A DNA stretch of 64,000 nucleotides, taken from contig CAUTMP010000003.1 of the NCBI GenBank assembly GCA_963539755.1, positions 9,058 to 73,057 of the forward strand, in the 5' to 3' direction. The position numbers were made by a program, and so were the translations under genes. Source of the stretch: an uncultured Acholeplasmataceae bacterium (lineage in GTDB: Bacteria > Bacillota_I > Bacilli_A > Acholeplasmatales > Acholeplasmataceae). This document shows, piece by piece, positions 63,463-64,000 of the stretch (the stretch's first letter is position 1; the number at the start of each line of letters is the position of its first letter). The notes below the pieces were generated by a model. That model was not told the origin of the DNA, ran no database searches, and was given only the letters and a program-made list of their open reading frames with translations.

Positions 63463-64000
63463 ATGGCTGTTGTAACAGTTAAGCAATTATTAGAAGCAGG
63501 TGCCCACTTCGGACACACTACAAAAAGATGGAATCCGTTAATGAAACCATACATCTTTGGACGTAAAAACGGCATTTATGTATTGGATTTAAACAAAACA
63601 GCGGAGAAGTTAGAAGACGCTTATAAGGCTCTTTTACAAATAATTAAAGAAGGTGGACAAATTATTTTTGTCGGTACCAAAAAACAGGCGCAAGACGCTG
63701 TCAAAGAAGCGGCTGACCGCACAGGTCAATACTTTGTAGCAGAACGCTGGTTAGGTGGTACTTTAACTAACTTTAAAACAATTAAAAATAGAATCAAGTA
63801 TCTAAACGAACTGATTGAAAAAAGAGAAGCGGGTGAGTTTGAACAACTTTCTAAAAAACAACAAGCAGAAAACGTACACATTATTGCTAAACTTGAAAAA
63901 AATCTAGACGGAATTCGCACTATGAAAAGAGTGCCAGACGCTTTATTTGTAGTTGACCCTTCAAAAGAGTTCAACGCAGTACGCGAGGCTAAAAAAGTCG
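63463..64000 (+). CDS. rpsB: 30S ribosomal protein S2, N-terminal part (3' end outside the window)
   Basis: ATG 63463 follows AAAGAGGTG. MAVVTVKQLLEAGAHFGHTTKRWNP.MKPYIFG.RNGI...DL.KT. Not in the ORF track because no stop lies within the window. Confidence 0.93.
   Translation, partial: MAVVTVKQLLEAGAHFGHTTKRWNPLMKPYIFGRKNGIYVLDLNKTAEKLEDAYKALLQIIKEGGQIIFVGTKKQAQDAVKEAADRTGQYFVAERWLGGTLTNFKTIKNRIKYLNELIEKREAGEFEQLSKKQQAENVHIIAKLEKNLDGIRTMKRVPDALFVVDPSKEFNAVREAKKV

Overview
AT-rich, gene-dense chromosomal window with about 43 CDS, 1 tRNA and 1 decayed pseudogene. I found no rRNA, CRISPR array, transposase, integrase or phage genes. The standard genetic code is in use: TGA is a real stop (pth 12814-12816, ATPase 44160-44162), Trp is TGG, and ORFs up to 2017 codons are uninterrupted. 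Gene order is Bacillus-like: cdd-era-glyQS-dnaG, spoVG/prs-pth-mfd, tmk-holB-rsmI-metG, rplM-rpsI. That order sits alongside a PPi-dependent phosphofructokinase. Every large exported protein is anchored by a TM helix or a lipobox Cys, never by LPXTG. My inference, not a database result, is a standard-code wall-less Mollicute such as an Acholeplasma-like organism. Housekeeping blocks lie at 1-19028, 33243-34066, 37202-41590, 47398-49327 and 54442-64000. They are interrupted by six very large surface-protein genes totalling about 22.6 kb, roughly 35% of the window. These genes are built from Listeria-Bacteroides-type (Flg_new-like) repeats. The main observations are listed here. (1) A tandem pair of giant membrane-anchored paralogs (21840-27893, 28284-32837) shares N- and C-terminal modules but carries different central repeat cassettes, including an exact 816-bp periodic array with a 425-bp perfect duplicate. 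(2) An identical 14-nt cre-type palindrome, TGTAAACGCTTACA, overlaps the -35 of two surface-protein promoters 35 kb apart. (3) There are two Endonuclease-I-type surface nucleases. (4) FolC carries a degenerate HPPK-like N-terminal domain. (5) uvrB can only be complete if it starts at a non-canonical ATT. It is translationally coupled to a NERD/PD-(D/E)XK-like gene where uvrA would be expected. (6) ATP-type and PPi-type phosphofructokinase genes are divergently transcribed. (7) An AAA/DUF4143 ATPase gene has a GCGATA-type operator array and a decayed paralog beside it. All domain calls come from motif recognition by eye and need HMM or structure confirmation.
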